Numbered from the stretch's first letter, positions 48,016-58,563 are shown. The stretch is 64,000 nucleotides of DNA from an uncultured Pseudomonadales bacterium (GCA_964393205.1 CAYMSV010000002.1:28078-92077); one strand, 5' to 3'. Notes: generated from the sequence alone by a model not told the origin. A program made the numbers and translations.

Positions 48016-49074
48016 TTAAGCAACAGTACTTAAACCAAATTTGTCTTTAACTTCGGTGACTGTTTCCTGAGCCACATTTCTGGCTTTTTGATTACCATCT
48101 TCAATAATAGTTTTTACATAATCTGATTTTTTAGCCAATTTTGCTCTTTTTTCTTGAATTGGTAACAATTCTTTATAAATCAACTTTGCCAAATTTTTCT
48201 TAATTTCTGCATAACGCAGACCCTGTTTTTGATAACTAGCCTCGTACTCTTTTCTTAACGAGGAACCAGCAAACAACTCAACTAAAATCATCAAAGTTTT
48301 CACTCCCTTAGATTCTTGATCATTATCATCAAAATAAACCATGTCTTGATGACTATCACTTTCCGCTTCTAACTCCCTCACCTCACCCTTGCCGGAATCG
48401 GTAGGAATTTTAGCAATCTTTTTTTCAATAGTTGCTAAATCATCACTTAGATTGATATAACTACCCTCAACTGATTTGCTCATCTTACCTTCACCAGTTA
48501 AAGAAGGTATGTATTCACCACTAATATTAAAAAACTTTGGTAAAGGAAATTGGGTGCCATAAAGATTATTGCACTTGCGAGCAATTTCTCTTGCTACCTC
48601 AACATGAGGTTTTTGATCAAGGCCTACTGGCACCTGATTGGCTTGATAAAGCAGAATGTCTGCCGCCATTAAAACTGGATAACTTAATAAAGCCATCGTT
48701 ACATTTTCTGGATGTTGTTTAACTTTATCTTTAAAAGTAGGCATATGTTGCATTTTAGCTACAGATATTAAGCTAGAAAAATAAAAAGCTAGTTCAACAT
48801 GTTGTGGCACTGCAGACTGTAAAAATAAAACGCTTTTTTCAGGATCTAAGCCAACTGCCAAATAGTCTAAAATCACTTCCAAGCGACTAGAGCGTAGGTT
48901 TTCTACTTGATAAGGAGTAGTTATTGAATGAGTATCTGCCACCATATAAAAAGTTTCAAATTTAGAATCATCTTGCAGAGCCAACATGCCCTTGATAGCA
49001 CCAAAATAATTGCCTAAATGTAATTGGCCGGTGGCACGAATACCAGATAAAACTCTTTGTTTATTTTTTGACAT
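48016..49074 (-). CDS. trpS: Tryptophan--tRNA ligase
   Basis: HLGN, YPVLMAADIL, VPVGLDQ, KMSKS; start MSKNK at 49074 preceded by GAGGTG SD. Confidence 0.96.
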   Translation of the reverse strand: MSKNKQRVLSGIRATGQLHLGNYFGAIKGMLALQDDSKFETFYMVADTHSITTPYQVENLRSSRLEVILDYLAVGLDPEKSVLFLQSAVPQHVELAFYFSSLISVAKMQHMPTFKDKVKQHPENVTMALLSYPVLMAADILLYQANQVPVGLDQKPHVEVAREIARKCNNLYGTQFPLPKFFNISGEYIPSLTGEGKMSKSVEGSYINLSDDLATIEKKIAKIPTDSGKGEVRELEAESDSHQDMVYFDDNDQESKGVKTLMILVELFAGSSLRKEYEASYQKQGLRYAEIKKNLAKLIYKELLPIQEKRAKLAKKSDYVKTIIEDGNQKARNVAQETVTEVKDKFGLSTVA

Positions 49075-49127
49075 AGCACCTCTAATCTTAACACAAGCCA
49101 AGAACTAATTGGAATTAATTATTAAAA

Positions 49128-49994
49128 TTAAAGCTCTTCAATTTTAACATTGGGTTGCATGTCTGGAGCTTCAATCAATTTGAGATACTTTTCAGTAGTA
49201 GTAATGCGCTTATGACCCACTAATTGTGAAACATAAACTAATGGTGTGCCTGCCTTCAACTGTTCTACTATAAATGTATGTCGTAGATCATTTACCTTCG
49301 CATCTTTAATGCCAGCTAAACGAAAAAATCGATCGATAGCTGTTCTAATATTGCGCACTAAAAAAGGGCGACAAGTTTTAGTTAAAAATAAGGTTTTTTC
49401 TTTGGCTCTAGGACGAACTTTTAAATAATCTAAGATGGCACTTTTGGCGGCACTATTCATTGGTACACGTCTGGCATCACGAGAATTCTGTGCTTGAATA
49501 TGTATCAGCTCTCGATCCATATCTAAATCAGTAACTGTTAAAGCAGCTAGCTCACTAATGCGCATTCCTGTCTGCAATAAAAGCTCGACAATAGCATACA
49601 TACGTGCATCACTGCGACAAGCATCCCTAAGAGCTCTATACTCTAAACGAGATAAAACCCGAGGCGGATTGTGTTCAATTTTTGGATGACTAATTTCGAC
49701 AGTGGGATTTTTTTCTATTAAATTTTCACTAATTAGAAAACGAAAAAAAGCTTTAATTGAGTTAATTTTTCTAGAAATGGATTTACTCGTGTAACGTTGT
49801 CTGTTTAATAAGTCTTTAAACTCATTAATGTCTTCAGCTAAAATTTCATTAATGGTAGTCTTACCTTTTTTAGAAATAAAATCTAATAACTGCTCTACAT
49901 CTTTGCTATAGGCAATTACAGTTGCTTCCGCTTTACCACTAGAACTTAAATGCTCTGTAAATTTAACTTGCGCATCACTTAGGTTTATGGGCAT
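49128..49994 (-). CDS. XerC/XerD-like tyrosine recombinase
   Basis: SAM-like N domain, TGMRISEL, LRHTF, LVGH....TT..Y. Confidence 0.88.
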   Translation of the reverse strand: MPINLSDAQVKFTEHLSSSGKAEATVIAYSKDVEQLLDFISKKGKTTINEILAEDINEFKDLLNRQRYTSKSISRKINSIKAFFRFLISENLIEKNPTVEISHPKIEHNPPRVLSRLEYRALRDACRSDARMYAIVELLLQTGMRISELAALTVTDLDMDRELIHIQAQNSRDARRVPMNSAAKSAILDYLKVRPRAKEKTLFLTKTCRPFLVRNIRTAIDRFFRLAGIKDAKVNDLRHTFIVEQLKAGTPLVYVSQLVGHKRITTTEKYLKLIEAPDMQPNVKIEEL

Positions 49995-50106
49995 AATATC
50001 TCTGATCTAGGACAGTTCAATATAATTTAATAATTAAAAACAATTTATATTAGAGTCTTATAATAACATAAATCAGGATTTTTTTCAATCAAGCTTAAAA
50101 CATAAA

Positions 50107-50496
50107 ATGACAAAAAATATTCAGAAAATTTTTGAACTACCATTAGTGATAGTACTCATTAGTTTTTTAGCTATTCTTTTAATTTTATCTCTACAAGAAA
50201 ATAAAAAAAAATCACTAATTGATACTAAAAATCTTGAACAAAACCAAAAAAGCGTTGAACTTTTTGAGAAGAAAGTCGAAGAAAAAGAAGAATTTCTACA
50301 ACAAGCTCAAGATGACCTATATAAAGAAAAACTAATCAGAGATGAACTCGTAAAAAGCAAAGATGAAGAAATTGTTGTACAAATACCAGTAAATGACTCT
50401 GACCATGCAAAAGAAAATAATCAAGAAACACTAGACAAAAGTGACTATAGAGTGCAGAATTGGAGGGCTTGGTGGAAGTTACTTACCAAACGGTAA
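50107..50496 (+). CDS. Septum formation initiator (FtsB/DivIC-like) protein
   Basis: N-terminal TM, coiled coil, EKLIRDEL....E, C-terminal NW.AWWKL. Confidence 0.55.
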   Translation: MTKNIQKIFELPLVIVLISFLAILLILSLQENKKKSLIDTKNLEQNQKSVELFEKKVEEKEEFLQQAQDDLYKEKLIRDELVKSKDEEIVVQIPVNDSDHAKENNQETLDKSDYRVQNWRAWWKLLTKR

Positions 50497-50512
50497 GAGA
50501 AAGGTCCAAGTC

Positions 50513-51277
50513 ATGCAATATTTCAATTTTCAAGGTAAAAAAGCTCTCGTAACTGGTGCATCTAGTGGTCTCGGCAGACGTTTTGCCCTTGTTTTGGCTA
50601 AAGCTGGCGCCGATGTGGCACTAGCTGCTCGCCGAGAAGACAAACTCAAAGAGGTAGCAAAAGAGATTGAAGATCTGGGCCAAAAAGCTTTGGTTTTAAA
50701 AATGGATGTAACTAAAGAAGAAGAAATCAAAAATGGCGTAGCAAAAATTAAAAAGGAGTGGCAAACTCTGGACATTTTAGTTAATAACGCTGGCACCTCA
50801 ACCATGGCTCCAGCAGAAGAAATGCCTCTTGAAGATTGGCAAAAGGTAGTTGACGTCAATTTAACTGGCGTTTTCTTGGTAGCTAAACATGCCGGCGCTT
50901 TAATGAAAGAGAAACAATTTGGTAGAGTAATTAATATTGCCTCTATGTACGGTTTGGTGGCTAATAGCGCTTTTAATGTCGCTAATTATCATGCTAGCAA
51001 AGGTGCAGTAGTAAATCTAACGCGTGCTCTAGCAGCTGAATGGGCAAAATATAATATTACGGTCAACGCTATTGGGCCAGGATTTTTTGAATCTGAAATG
51101 ACTGGTGATTTCATTAATACTGATGATTTTAAACAATATGTAACAATTAGCTGTCCCATGAAAAGAGTAGGCAAAAAGGAAGAATTAGATACCACTCTAC
51201 TTTTTTTAGCAGCTGAAGCCAGTAGCTACGTTACCGGTCAAACAATCGCAGTTGACGGAGGCTGGACGGCTATCTGA
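50513..51277 (+). CDS. Short-chain dehydrogenase/reductase (FabG / gluconate 5-dehydrogenase-like)
   Basis: TGASSGLG, NNAG, YHASK, VDGG; start MQYF at 50513. Confidence 0.92.
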   Translation: MQYFNFQGKKALVTGASSGLGRRFALVLAKAGADVALAARREDKLKEVAKEIEDLGQKALVLKMDVTKEEEIKNGVAKIKKEWQTLDILVNNAGTSTMAPAEEMPLEDWQKVVDVNLTGVFLVAKHAGALMKEKQFGRVINIASMYGLVANSAFNVANYHASKGAVVNLTRALAAEWAKYNITVNAIGPGFFESEMTGDFINTDDFKQYVTISCPMKRVGKKEELDTTLLFLAAEASSYVTGQTIAVDGGWTAI

Positions 51278-51300
51278 TAAATGCGCTAGAATAGCGCTAT

Positions 51301-51786
51301 ATGAAAAAAATTAATTGGAAAAGGCTAATAATTGCCTTAGTTTTACCTCAATTGGCCGGCCTCATTGGTTCATTATTTACCACTCAAGCAATTCCAACCT
51401 GGTACGCCACTCTTAATAGACCTAGTTTTGCACCACCAAACTGGTTGTTTGCTCCAGCCTGGACGCTGTTATTCATCTTAATGGGGATTGCCTTCTATTT
51501 AGTTTGGCAAAGTCCGGTTAAAGGATCACAAGAAAAAATAAAGCGTCAAGCCATCAAATTTTTTCTTATTCAACTGGTATTTAATACCTTATGGAGCATC
51601 ATTTTCTTTGGTCAGCAATTACTCTATTTAGCTTTTGTAGAAATTGTCATTTTGTGGATCTTGATTTTATTAACTATTTTACGCTTCAACAAAATTAAAC
51701 CATTAGCTGCCTATTTAATGATTCCTTATTTACTGTGGGTAACTTTTGCCAGTGTTTTAAACCTGGGCTTCGCGCTACTTAATTAA
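51301..51786 (+). CDS. tspO: TspO/MBR family tryptophan-rich sensory protein
   Basis: WY..L.RP.F.PP.W.F...W, N.LW..IFF, PYLLW..FA. Confidence 0.92.
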   Translation: MKKINWKRLIIALVLPQLAGLIGSLFTTQAIPTWYATLNRPSFAPPNWLFAPAWTLLFILMGIAFYLVWQSPVKGSQEKIKRQAIKFFLIQLVFNTLWSIIFFGQQLLYLAFVEIVILWILILLTILRFNKIKPLAAYLMIPYLLWVTFASVLNLGFALLN

Positions 51787-51825
51787 AAATCTGATTTAAA
51801 AGTTAAAAAGTTTGTTAAAGGAACT

Positions 51826-52221
51826 ATGCTCTATTATTTCAAGCTATATTTATTAAGCTTCATCGCTTTTTTGGCCATTGATGCAGTCTGGCTAGGCTTA
51901 GTTGCCAAAAATTTTTATGCCAAACACTTAGGATATCTAATGGCTGAACAGCCTAATTTAGTTGCTGCTTTAATTTTTTATTTAATTTTTGTAGTAGCCA
52001 TTTTGGTTTTAATTGTGATTCCTACACTCCAATCTCCACTTTGGAAAACTCTACTAATGGCAGCTCTTTTTGGTTTTGCCAGTTACGCTACCTATGATTT
52101 AACTAATTTAGCTACCGTTAAAGACTGGCCTCTGATAGTTACTATTGTTGATTTAATCTGGGGAACTAGCATTGCCACCATTACAGCCTTTATTGCTCGA
52201 TTAATTGCTGAGCGCCTATGA
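51826..52221 (+). CDS. DUF2177 family membrane protein
   Basis: D.VWLG, YATYDLTNLAT..DWP, DL.WG. Confidence 0.8.
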   Translation: MLYYFKLYLLSFIAFLAIDAVWLGLVAKNFYAKHLGYLMAEQPNLVAALIFYLIFVVAILVLIVIPTLQSPLWKTLLMAALFGFASYATYDLTNLATVKDWPLIVTIVDLIWGTSIATITAFIARLIAERL

Positions 52222-52733
52222 AAAAAAAGCCAGTAGTAGTCAAAGTTAATGATAAGTTTCAAAAAAATTACCATTATTTATTGATCGAAGAAGAAGGTAA
52301 AAACTTCGACGAAGAATTCCAGCCAGAATTAACTCCAGCAGAAATGCTAAAGCTTGGAGTCTTTGGTGGTCGTTACTTAAATGACTGTCAAGACGAATTT
52401 CCTCAGTCTTGGTTTAAAAAAGCTAAATTATCTCCTGATAAAAAAATGGCTAAATTAAATTTTTTTAATGTCAATGCTAGTCAATCTCTAGCTACTTGGC
52501 AGAAGAAGGGATGGATTTATCATGAAGACCCACGCGGTTGGTTTCAGTGGTATTGTCGCTATTTTATGGGTCGACGCTTGCCTGAGGACGACCAGCGACA
52601 AATTAAGCGCTGGAAGGCAATGAAGCGCCACCTCGCTCAAATTAAAAACAATTGTCTTAAGGGTGATTTAAATTGTCGAACCAAACAACGTCAGGCCCTG
52701 CTGCATTGGGCTTACGACTCAAGAAAGATTTAA
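52218..52733 (+). CDS. Conserved hypothetical protein
   Basis: F.P.LTP.EML..GVFGG.Y, DPRGWFQWYCRY..GRR, QI.RW, RQALLHWAYD; start overlaps the previous stop (ATGA). Confidence 0.75.
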   Translation: MKKKPVVVKVNDKFQKNYHYLLIEEEGKNFDEEFQPELTPAEMLKLGVFGGRYLNDCQDEFPQSWFKKAKLSPDKKMAKLNFFNVNASQSLATWQKKGWIYHEDPRGWFQWYCRYFMGRRLPEDDQRQIKRWKAMKRHLAQIKNNCLKGDLNCRTKQRQALLHWAYDSRKI

Positions 52734-52734
52734 A

Positions 52735-52932
52735 TCAAAAATAAACATCCTCTAATTCTTTTGCAAGAACTTGTCTTGGTTGAGAATGATCATGTCTTTC
52801 AAGCATATAAAATAATTTGTCGTCTTGAGGAGAGTAGCCAATCGAAAAAATCTTCCAAGTTAGACCTTCGAAATAAACTGAATCACCTTTTTTAAACCTC
52901 GCTCGCGACCGAATTATTTGATCAGTATTCAT
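52735..52932 (-). CDS. Small hypothetical protein (possible SH3/KOW-like beta barrel)
   Basis: ATG start; FKKGDSV pattern. Confidence 0.4.
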   Translation of the reverse strand: MNTDQIIRSRARFKKGDSVYFEGLTWKIFSIGYSPQDDKLFYMLERHDHSQPRQVLAKELEDVYF

Positions 52933-52989
52933 ATTGATAGTTACATTCTATCAAAACAATTTTTAACTACAAAACTACTTCTAAAATTA

Positions 52990-53250
52990 TTATTTAGAAC
53001 GAGAATTCTGTATGATTCTTAGACCAGATATACGATATGATTCTATTTGGGTTTCTTGTAAAATTTCAATCAATGCTGAACTAACTTCTTTAGCTTTCTC
53101 GGAATCAATTGTAGCTAATAAATTAATTAAATATGGAAGCCTTCTGGACAAAGACTCAAGCTCACTCACAATATCTTTTTCTTCTTCCAGCGGATCTTTT
53201 CCATCACAACCTTCTTTTATACAATCACCTAAAAATTGTTCTTTAGGCAT
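52990..53250 (-). CDS. Hypothetical protein
   Basis: ATG preceded by GAAAGG; 86 aa. Confidence 0.45.
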   Translation of the reverse strand: MPKEQFLGDCIKEGCDGKDPLEEEKDIVSELESLSRRLPYLINLLATIDSEKAKEVSSALIEILQETQIESYRISGLRIIQNSRSK

Positions 53251-53305
53251 AAAAACCTTTCAAAAAACCACCAATCAAGGTGGCAGTTAATAATCACTAA
53301 TTTAT

Positions 53306-53320
53306 TGTTGCGGGACTAGG
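53306..53320 (-). repeat. 15-bp direct repeat of the tRNA-fMet 3' end (att-like)
   Basis: TGTTGCGGGACTAGG occurs at both 53306-53320 and 53450-53464. Confidence 0.85.
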
Positions 53321-53408
53321 TCCTCCGCCCATGCTCCGGACATTCCCTCGCTAGAAGCTCGGTCAGATTCGAACTGGCTTTGCCAAACAACTCAAAGTTA
53401 ATCACAGA

Positions 53409-53450
53409 ATAAATAAAAAAAGACGACCTACGTCGTCCTTTTTTATTTAT
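53409..53450 (-). terminator. Terminator downstream of tRNA-fMet
   Basis: ATAAATAAAAAA-A-GACGAC-CTAC-GTCGTC-C-TTTTTTATTTAT. Confidence 0.8.
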
Positions 53451-53451
53451 G

Positions 53452-53520
53452 TTGCGGGACTAGGAGTCGAACCTAGCCTGTGGGATTATGAGCCCCACGT
53501 GCACCGTACACTATCCCGCG
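53452..53520 (-). tRNA. Initiator tRNA-fMet (CAT), compact; CCA not encoded
   Basis: CGCGGGA...TGGGG CTCATAA TCCCA...CTAGG TTCGACT CCTAG TCCCGCA-A; C1:A72 mismatch and G-run in the anticodon stem. Confidence 0.9.
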
Positions 53521-53602
53521 TTTTGATAAGCGCTATTATAGCTTAAGCTCTGCTTGTTTTTCAAGAGAAAAAATCTTAAAATATGCCTTGATCAACATAA
53601 TC

Positions 53603-53676
53603 GGCGAGGTAGCTCAGTTGGTTAGAGCATCGGATTCATAAACCGAAGGTCGTGAGTTCAAGTCTCACCCTCGCTA
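53603..53676 (+). tRNA. Elongator tRNA-Met (CAT); CCA not encoded
   Basis: GGCGAGG-TAGCTCAGTTGGTTAGAGC-A-TCGGA TTCATAA ACCGA-AGGTC-GTGAG TTCAAGT CTCAC-CCTCGCT-A. G1.U72, G2-C71, C3-G70 fit elongator Met; Ile2 is not fully excluded. Confidence 0.88.
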
Positions 53677-53682
53677 CAACAA

Positions 53683-53711
53683 AAAAAGGAGGTCACTACA
53701 ACCTCCTTTTT
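53683..53711. terminator. Bidirectional terminator between tRNA-Met and groEL
   Basis: AAAAAGGAGGT-N7-ACCTCCTTTTT. Confidence 0.8.
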
Positions 53712-53734
53712 ATTTTCAGCGGTAACAAAATGCT

Positions 53735-55384
<1,650 letters not shown>

Positions 55385-55404
55385 TTAATTAATTTATCTT
55401 TTAA

Positions 55405-55710
55405 CTATTTTATAATTGCTAAAATATCTTCAAATTTTAAAAATTGATATTCTATTTCATCAATGGTGACATCATTGCCGCCCCATTTTTTATAGACGAC
55501 TTTATCAGCAATTTTAACAGGCGCCTTAATTTCCTTAACTCCACTTTCCCAAACCGAATCTCCAACTGCCAAAACCGTACCATATTGTGGTTTCTCGCTG
55601 TCATCGACAGCCAAAATAATCCCCGACGCTGTTTGTTTTTCTTTTTCAGCGGGTTCAACTAATACATAACCGGCGGTGGGTTTGAGTTTTTTAACATCCA
55701 ACTTTGACAT
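55405..55710 (-). CDS. groS: Co-chaperonin GroES
   Basis: TASGIIL mobile loop, G.VLAVG, EDILAI; start MSKLD at 55710. Confidence 0.95.
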   Translation of the reverse strand: MSKLDVKKLKPTAGYVLVEPAEKEKQTASGIILAVDDSEKPQYGTVLAVGDSVWESGVKEIKAPVKIADKVVYKKWGGNDVTIDEIEYQFLKFEDILAIIK

Positions 55711-55803
55711 AAAAAACCTTTCTGTTTTATTTATTCTTAAATTTAAGAACTTAATAAGTAAATGCTCATTGGAGCTTTTAAAAAATATCACAAAATTAAA
55801 TTT

Positions 55804-55830
55804 TTAGCAACTGCCGAATTTGACTGCTAA
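55804..55830. promoter_or_regulatory. CIRCE-like operator upstream of groES
   Basis: TTAGCAACT-N9-GACTGCTAA. Confidence 0.78.
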
Positions 55831-56256
55831 TTAACCATCTATGACTTGTTTATCATAAAAAATCGTATTCATCAATGAAATTGCCTTTTTCAACTCTTCA
55901 GCTAAATCCAAAGAAAGCTTAGAATTATCATTGCCACCTCTAAGAGCAATTAGAGACAAGTTGGAATCATGAATAATTAATTGAGTTAATTGAGTAAAAA
56001 GCTGTTGGTTGCTACTTAACCACCTATTTCTCTCTTTTTCCGTTTTCAGTGAAACGTTTTCTAAAAAATCCGTTAATCTTTTCAGTTCAAAAATTTTAAG
56101 TTGTAGAGTAAATTCTAGCTGATTGTGGTCGATAATATCTTCAAATTGATGACTAATTGATAAAGGGCTCAGTTCATCATCAAAATCTTCTTCGTCTAAT
56201 TGATAACGTAATTTAATTTCATTTAATAAATCTTGTAAATTATCGTTTTTTGCCAT
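55831..56256 (-). CDS. Hypothetical helical protein
   Basis: 141-aa ATG ORF filling the gap between tsaC and groES. Confidence 0.6.
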   Translation of the reverse strand: MAKNDNLQDLLNEIKLRYQLDEEDFDDELSPLSISHQFEDIIDHNQLEFTLQLKIFELKRLTDFLENVSLKTEKERNRWLSSNQQLFTQLTQLIIHDSNLSLIALRGGNDNSKLSLDLAEELKKAISLMNTIFYDKQVIDG

Positions 56257-56305
56257 ATTTCAGGTTATAATATCCACCTTAAGAAGCATTATCATACAAG
56301 AGAGC

Positions 56306-57397
56306 ATGAAAATTTTAAAGCTTAATTTAACACAAAATAGTGAGAAAAAAATCAAGGATTGTATTGGTCTAGTTATTAGTACTATCAAAGCCGGTGGTTT
56401 AGTGATTTACCCAACTGAAACCACTTATGGTATTGGTGCTGATCCTGAAAACAAACAGGCCATAGATAAATTATTAAAATATAAAAGTCGCCGAGAAGGT
56501 AAGCCTCTATCTGTCGCTGTTAGCGATCAAAAAATGGCTGAGCGCTATGTCTTGATTAACCAACAAGCACAAAATTTTTATCAACGTTTTTTGCCAGGAC
56601 CATATACCGTCATCTCTAATTTAAAAAGCAATAGTCAAATTGATCAACGAGTAGCCAGTGAGTTTAATACTCTAGGAATTCGCATCCCCGACTACCCATT
56701 AATTTTAAAAATCCTCAATCAATTAGATCGAGGGATAACAGCCACTAGTGCCAACGCTTCAGATAAAAAACGCCCTTATCAAATCAGTGACATTTTAGAT
56801 AATCTCAGTGAAAAACAAAAAAGCTTAATTGACTTAATTGTTGATGTTGGTGAGCTACCCAGAAATGAACCGTCTGTGGTGATTGATACAACTCTTTCAA
56901 CACCAATTGCTTTGCGTGGCCAATTAAAAAAAACAGATAATTTCATTGAGTTTAAATCTAAAAGCGAAACTGAAACTCAAGAATTAGCCAAGCGTTTAAT
57001 GCTAAAAAATTGGAAAAGCTTAAAAAAACGGGGGCTAATTTTTGGCTTAAATGGCGAACTAGGCATGGGAAAAACTATTTTTGCTAAAGGGGTAGCTCAA
57101 TTCTTACAAATAGAAGAAGAAATTACTTCCCCAACCTACAGCTATCTTAATGAGTACAGTTACGAACGACAAGCTTGTACGGGATTTTTTTACCATCTAG
57201 ATGCTTGGAAAATTGATCAAAAAGAAGAGTTTCTATTATTAGAAGTTGAAAAGTTGTTATCAGCCCACAACGTCTTAGTGATCGAATGGTGGGATAAAAT
57301 AGCTGGTTTTTTGACAGAAGATTTTAAACAACAAGCAATCATCTTAGAATTGAGTGGACAAGATAATTGGCGAACGATTAAATTATGGGAAAAGTAA
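56306..57397 (+). CDS. TsaC(Sua5/YrdC)-TsaE fusion (t6A biosynthesis)
   Basis: N half: YPTETTYG, K.R...KPL, PGPYT, GIRIP, TSAN. C half: LNGELGMGKT, ITSPTY, YHLDAW, VIEW. Confidence 0.9.
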   Translation: MKILKLNLTQNSEKKIKDCIGLVISTIKAGGLVIYPTETTYGIGADPENKQAIDKLLKYKSRREGKPLSVAVSDQKMAERYVLINQQAQNFYQRFLPGPYTVISNLKSNSQIDQRVASEFNTLGIRIPDYPLILKILNQLDRGITATSANASDKKRPYQISDILDNLSEKQKSLIDLIVDVGELPRNEPSVVIDTTLSTPIALRGQLKKTDNFIEFKSKSETETQELAKRLMLKNWKSLKKRGLIFGLNGELGMGKTIFAKGVAQFLQIEEEITSPTYSYLNEYSYERQACTGFFYHLDAWKIDQKEEFLLLEVEKLLSAHNVLVIEWWDKIAGFLTEDFKQQAIILELSGQDNWRTIKLWEK

Positions 57398-58563
57398 AAA
57401 AAATAATTCTAGCTATCGATACCAGTTGTGATGATACTAGTGTAGCTGTAGTTCAAGGAACTCAAGTTTTAGCTAATATAGTTGCTTCACAAGCAATAAT
57501 TCACCAACAATATGGGGGTGTTTTTCCTACTCTGGCTAAACAAGCTCATCAAGAAAATATTGAAGCTTGTGTCAATTTAGCACTAAAAAGAGCTGGTCTG
57601 ATTAAAAACAAAAAGATTAATTATCAAAAACTATCAGCTTTAGCTGTTACTATTGGCCCCGGTTTAGCTCCAGCGCTAGAAGTTGGCATCCAACATGCTA
57701 AAAAATTAGCAAAATTATGGAATTTACCAATCATTACTGTCAATCATATAGAGGCACATGCTCTATCCCCCTTACTTGTTCCAAAAAACAATGATCAAAG
57801 AAGAAAAATTAATTTTCCAGTTTTAGCTATAGTCATTTCTGGAGGTCATAGTGAATTTATTTTAATTGAAGACATTGGTCAGTATCAGCGCTTGGGTTGG
57901 ACCGTTGACGATAGTGCTGGAGAATGCTTGGATAAGATTGGTCGCATGATCGATTTAGGCTATCCAGCTGGTCCAATTTTGGAAAAATTAGCTAAACAAG
58001 GAAATGCTGAGCGCTGGCAATTACCATTAGCCATGACAGCTGTTAGTAATTTTAATTTAAGTTTTTCTGGATTAAAAACAGCTGCCGGTCAACTCGTCAA
58101 TCAACTAAATAAAAATCAGGAATTAAATGCTCAGGCAGTTTGTGATTTGGCCGCCTGTGTTCAAAAACAAGTTTTTGCTCAAATTAATTATAAATTGGAG
58201 AAAATTCTACTAAGTTCAAATTTAGCAGAAAAAAAATATCCAAATGCTCAATTTTGCAAAAAAATTAAAAAAGGTGTAATAAAAGCACCCGTGACTAAAA
58301 TTAATGAAGTTTGGTTAGGAGGTGGAGTGAGTGCCAATATTGCTTTGCGTAGTAGCATTAGAAAAACTCTAAAAAACTATCAAAAATTATCTGGTAAAAA
58401 AATTAAACTTTACCTGCCCTATCACAAAAAATTTTGCGCTGATAATGCAGCCATGATTGGTCTAAGCGCGGGATTTTTAATTGATCGAAAAAAATCTAGT
58501 AATCCACAATCGCTAGATCGCCAACCAAATCTAAAAATCAATGACTTTTGTCAAGCGTGTTAA
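57385..58563 (+). CDS. tsaD: tRNA N6-threonylcarbamoyltransferase TsaD
   Basis: LAIDTSCDDT, GGVFP, GPGL, NHIEAH, SGGH, DDSAGE..DK, SFSGLKT, DNAAMIG. Confidence 0.95.
   Translation: MGKVKKIILAIDTSCDDTSVAVVQGTQVLANIVASQAIIHQQYGGVFPTLAKQAHQENIEACVNLALKRAGLIKNKKINYQKLSALAVTIGPGLAPALEVGIQHAKKLAKLWNLPIITVNHIEAHALSPLLVPKNNDQRRKINFPVLAIVISGGHSEFILIEDIGQYQRLGWTVDDSAGECLDKIGRMIDLGYPAGPILEKLAKQGNAERWQLPLAMTAVSNFNLSFSGLKTAAGQLVNQLNKNQELNAQAVCDLAACVQKQVFAQINYKLEKILLSSNLAEKKYPNAQFCKKIKKGVIKAPVTKINEVWLGGGVSANIALRSSIRKTLKNYQKLSGKKIKLYLPYHKKFCADNAAMIGLSAGFLIDRKKSSNPQSLDRQPNLKINDFCQAC

Noticed and set aside
50043-50073. Possible dif site next to the xer gene
   Set aside because: The arm orientation and the 11-bp spacer do not fit the 11-6-11 dif layout; kept only as a possible operator.
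49128-53464. Intact integrative element from the recombinase to the tRNA
   Set aside because: The two att-like repeats are only 144 bp apart and do not enclose the recombinase, which looks like a chromosomal Xer.
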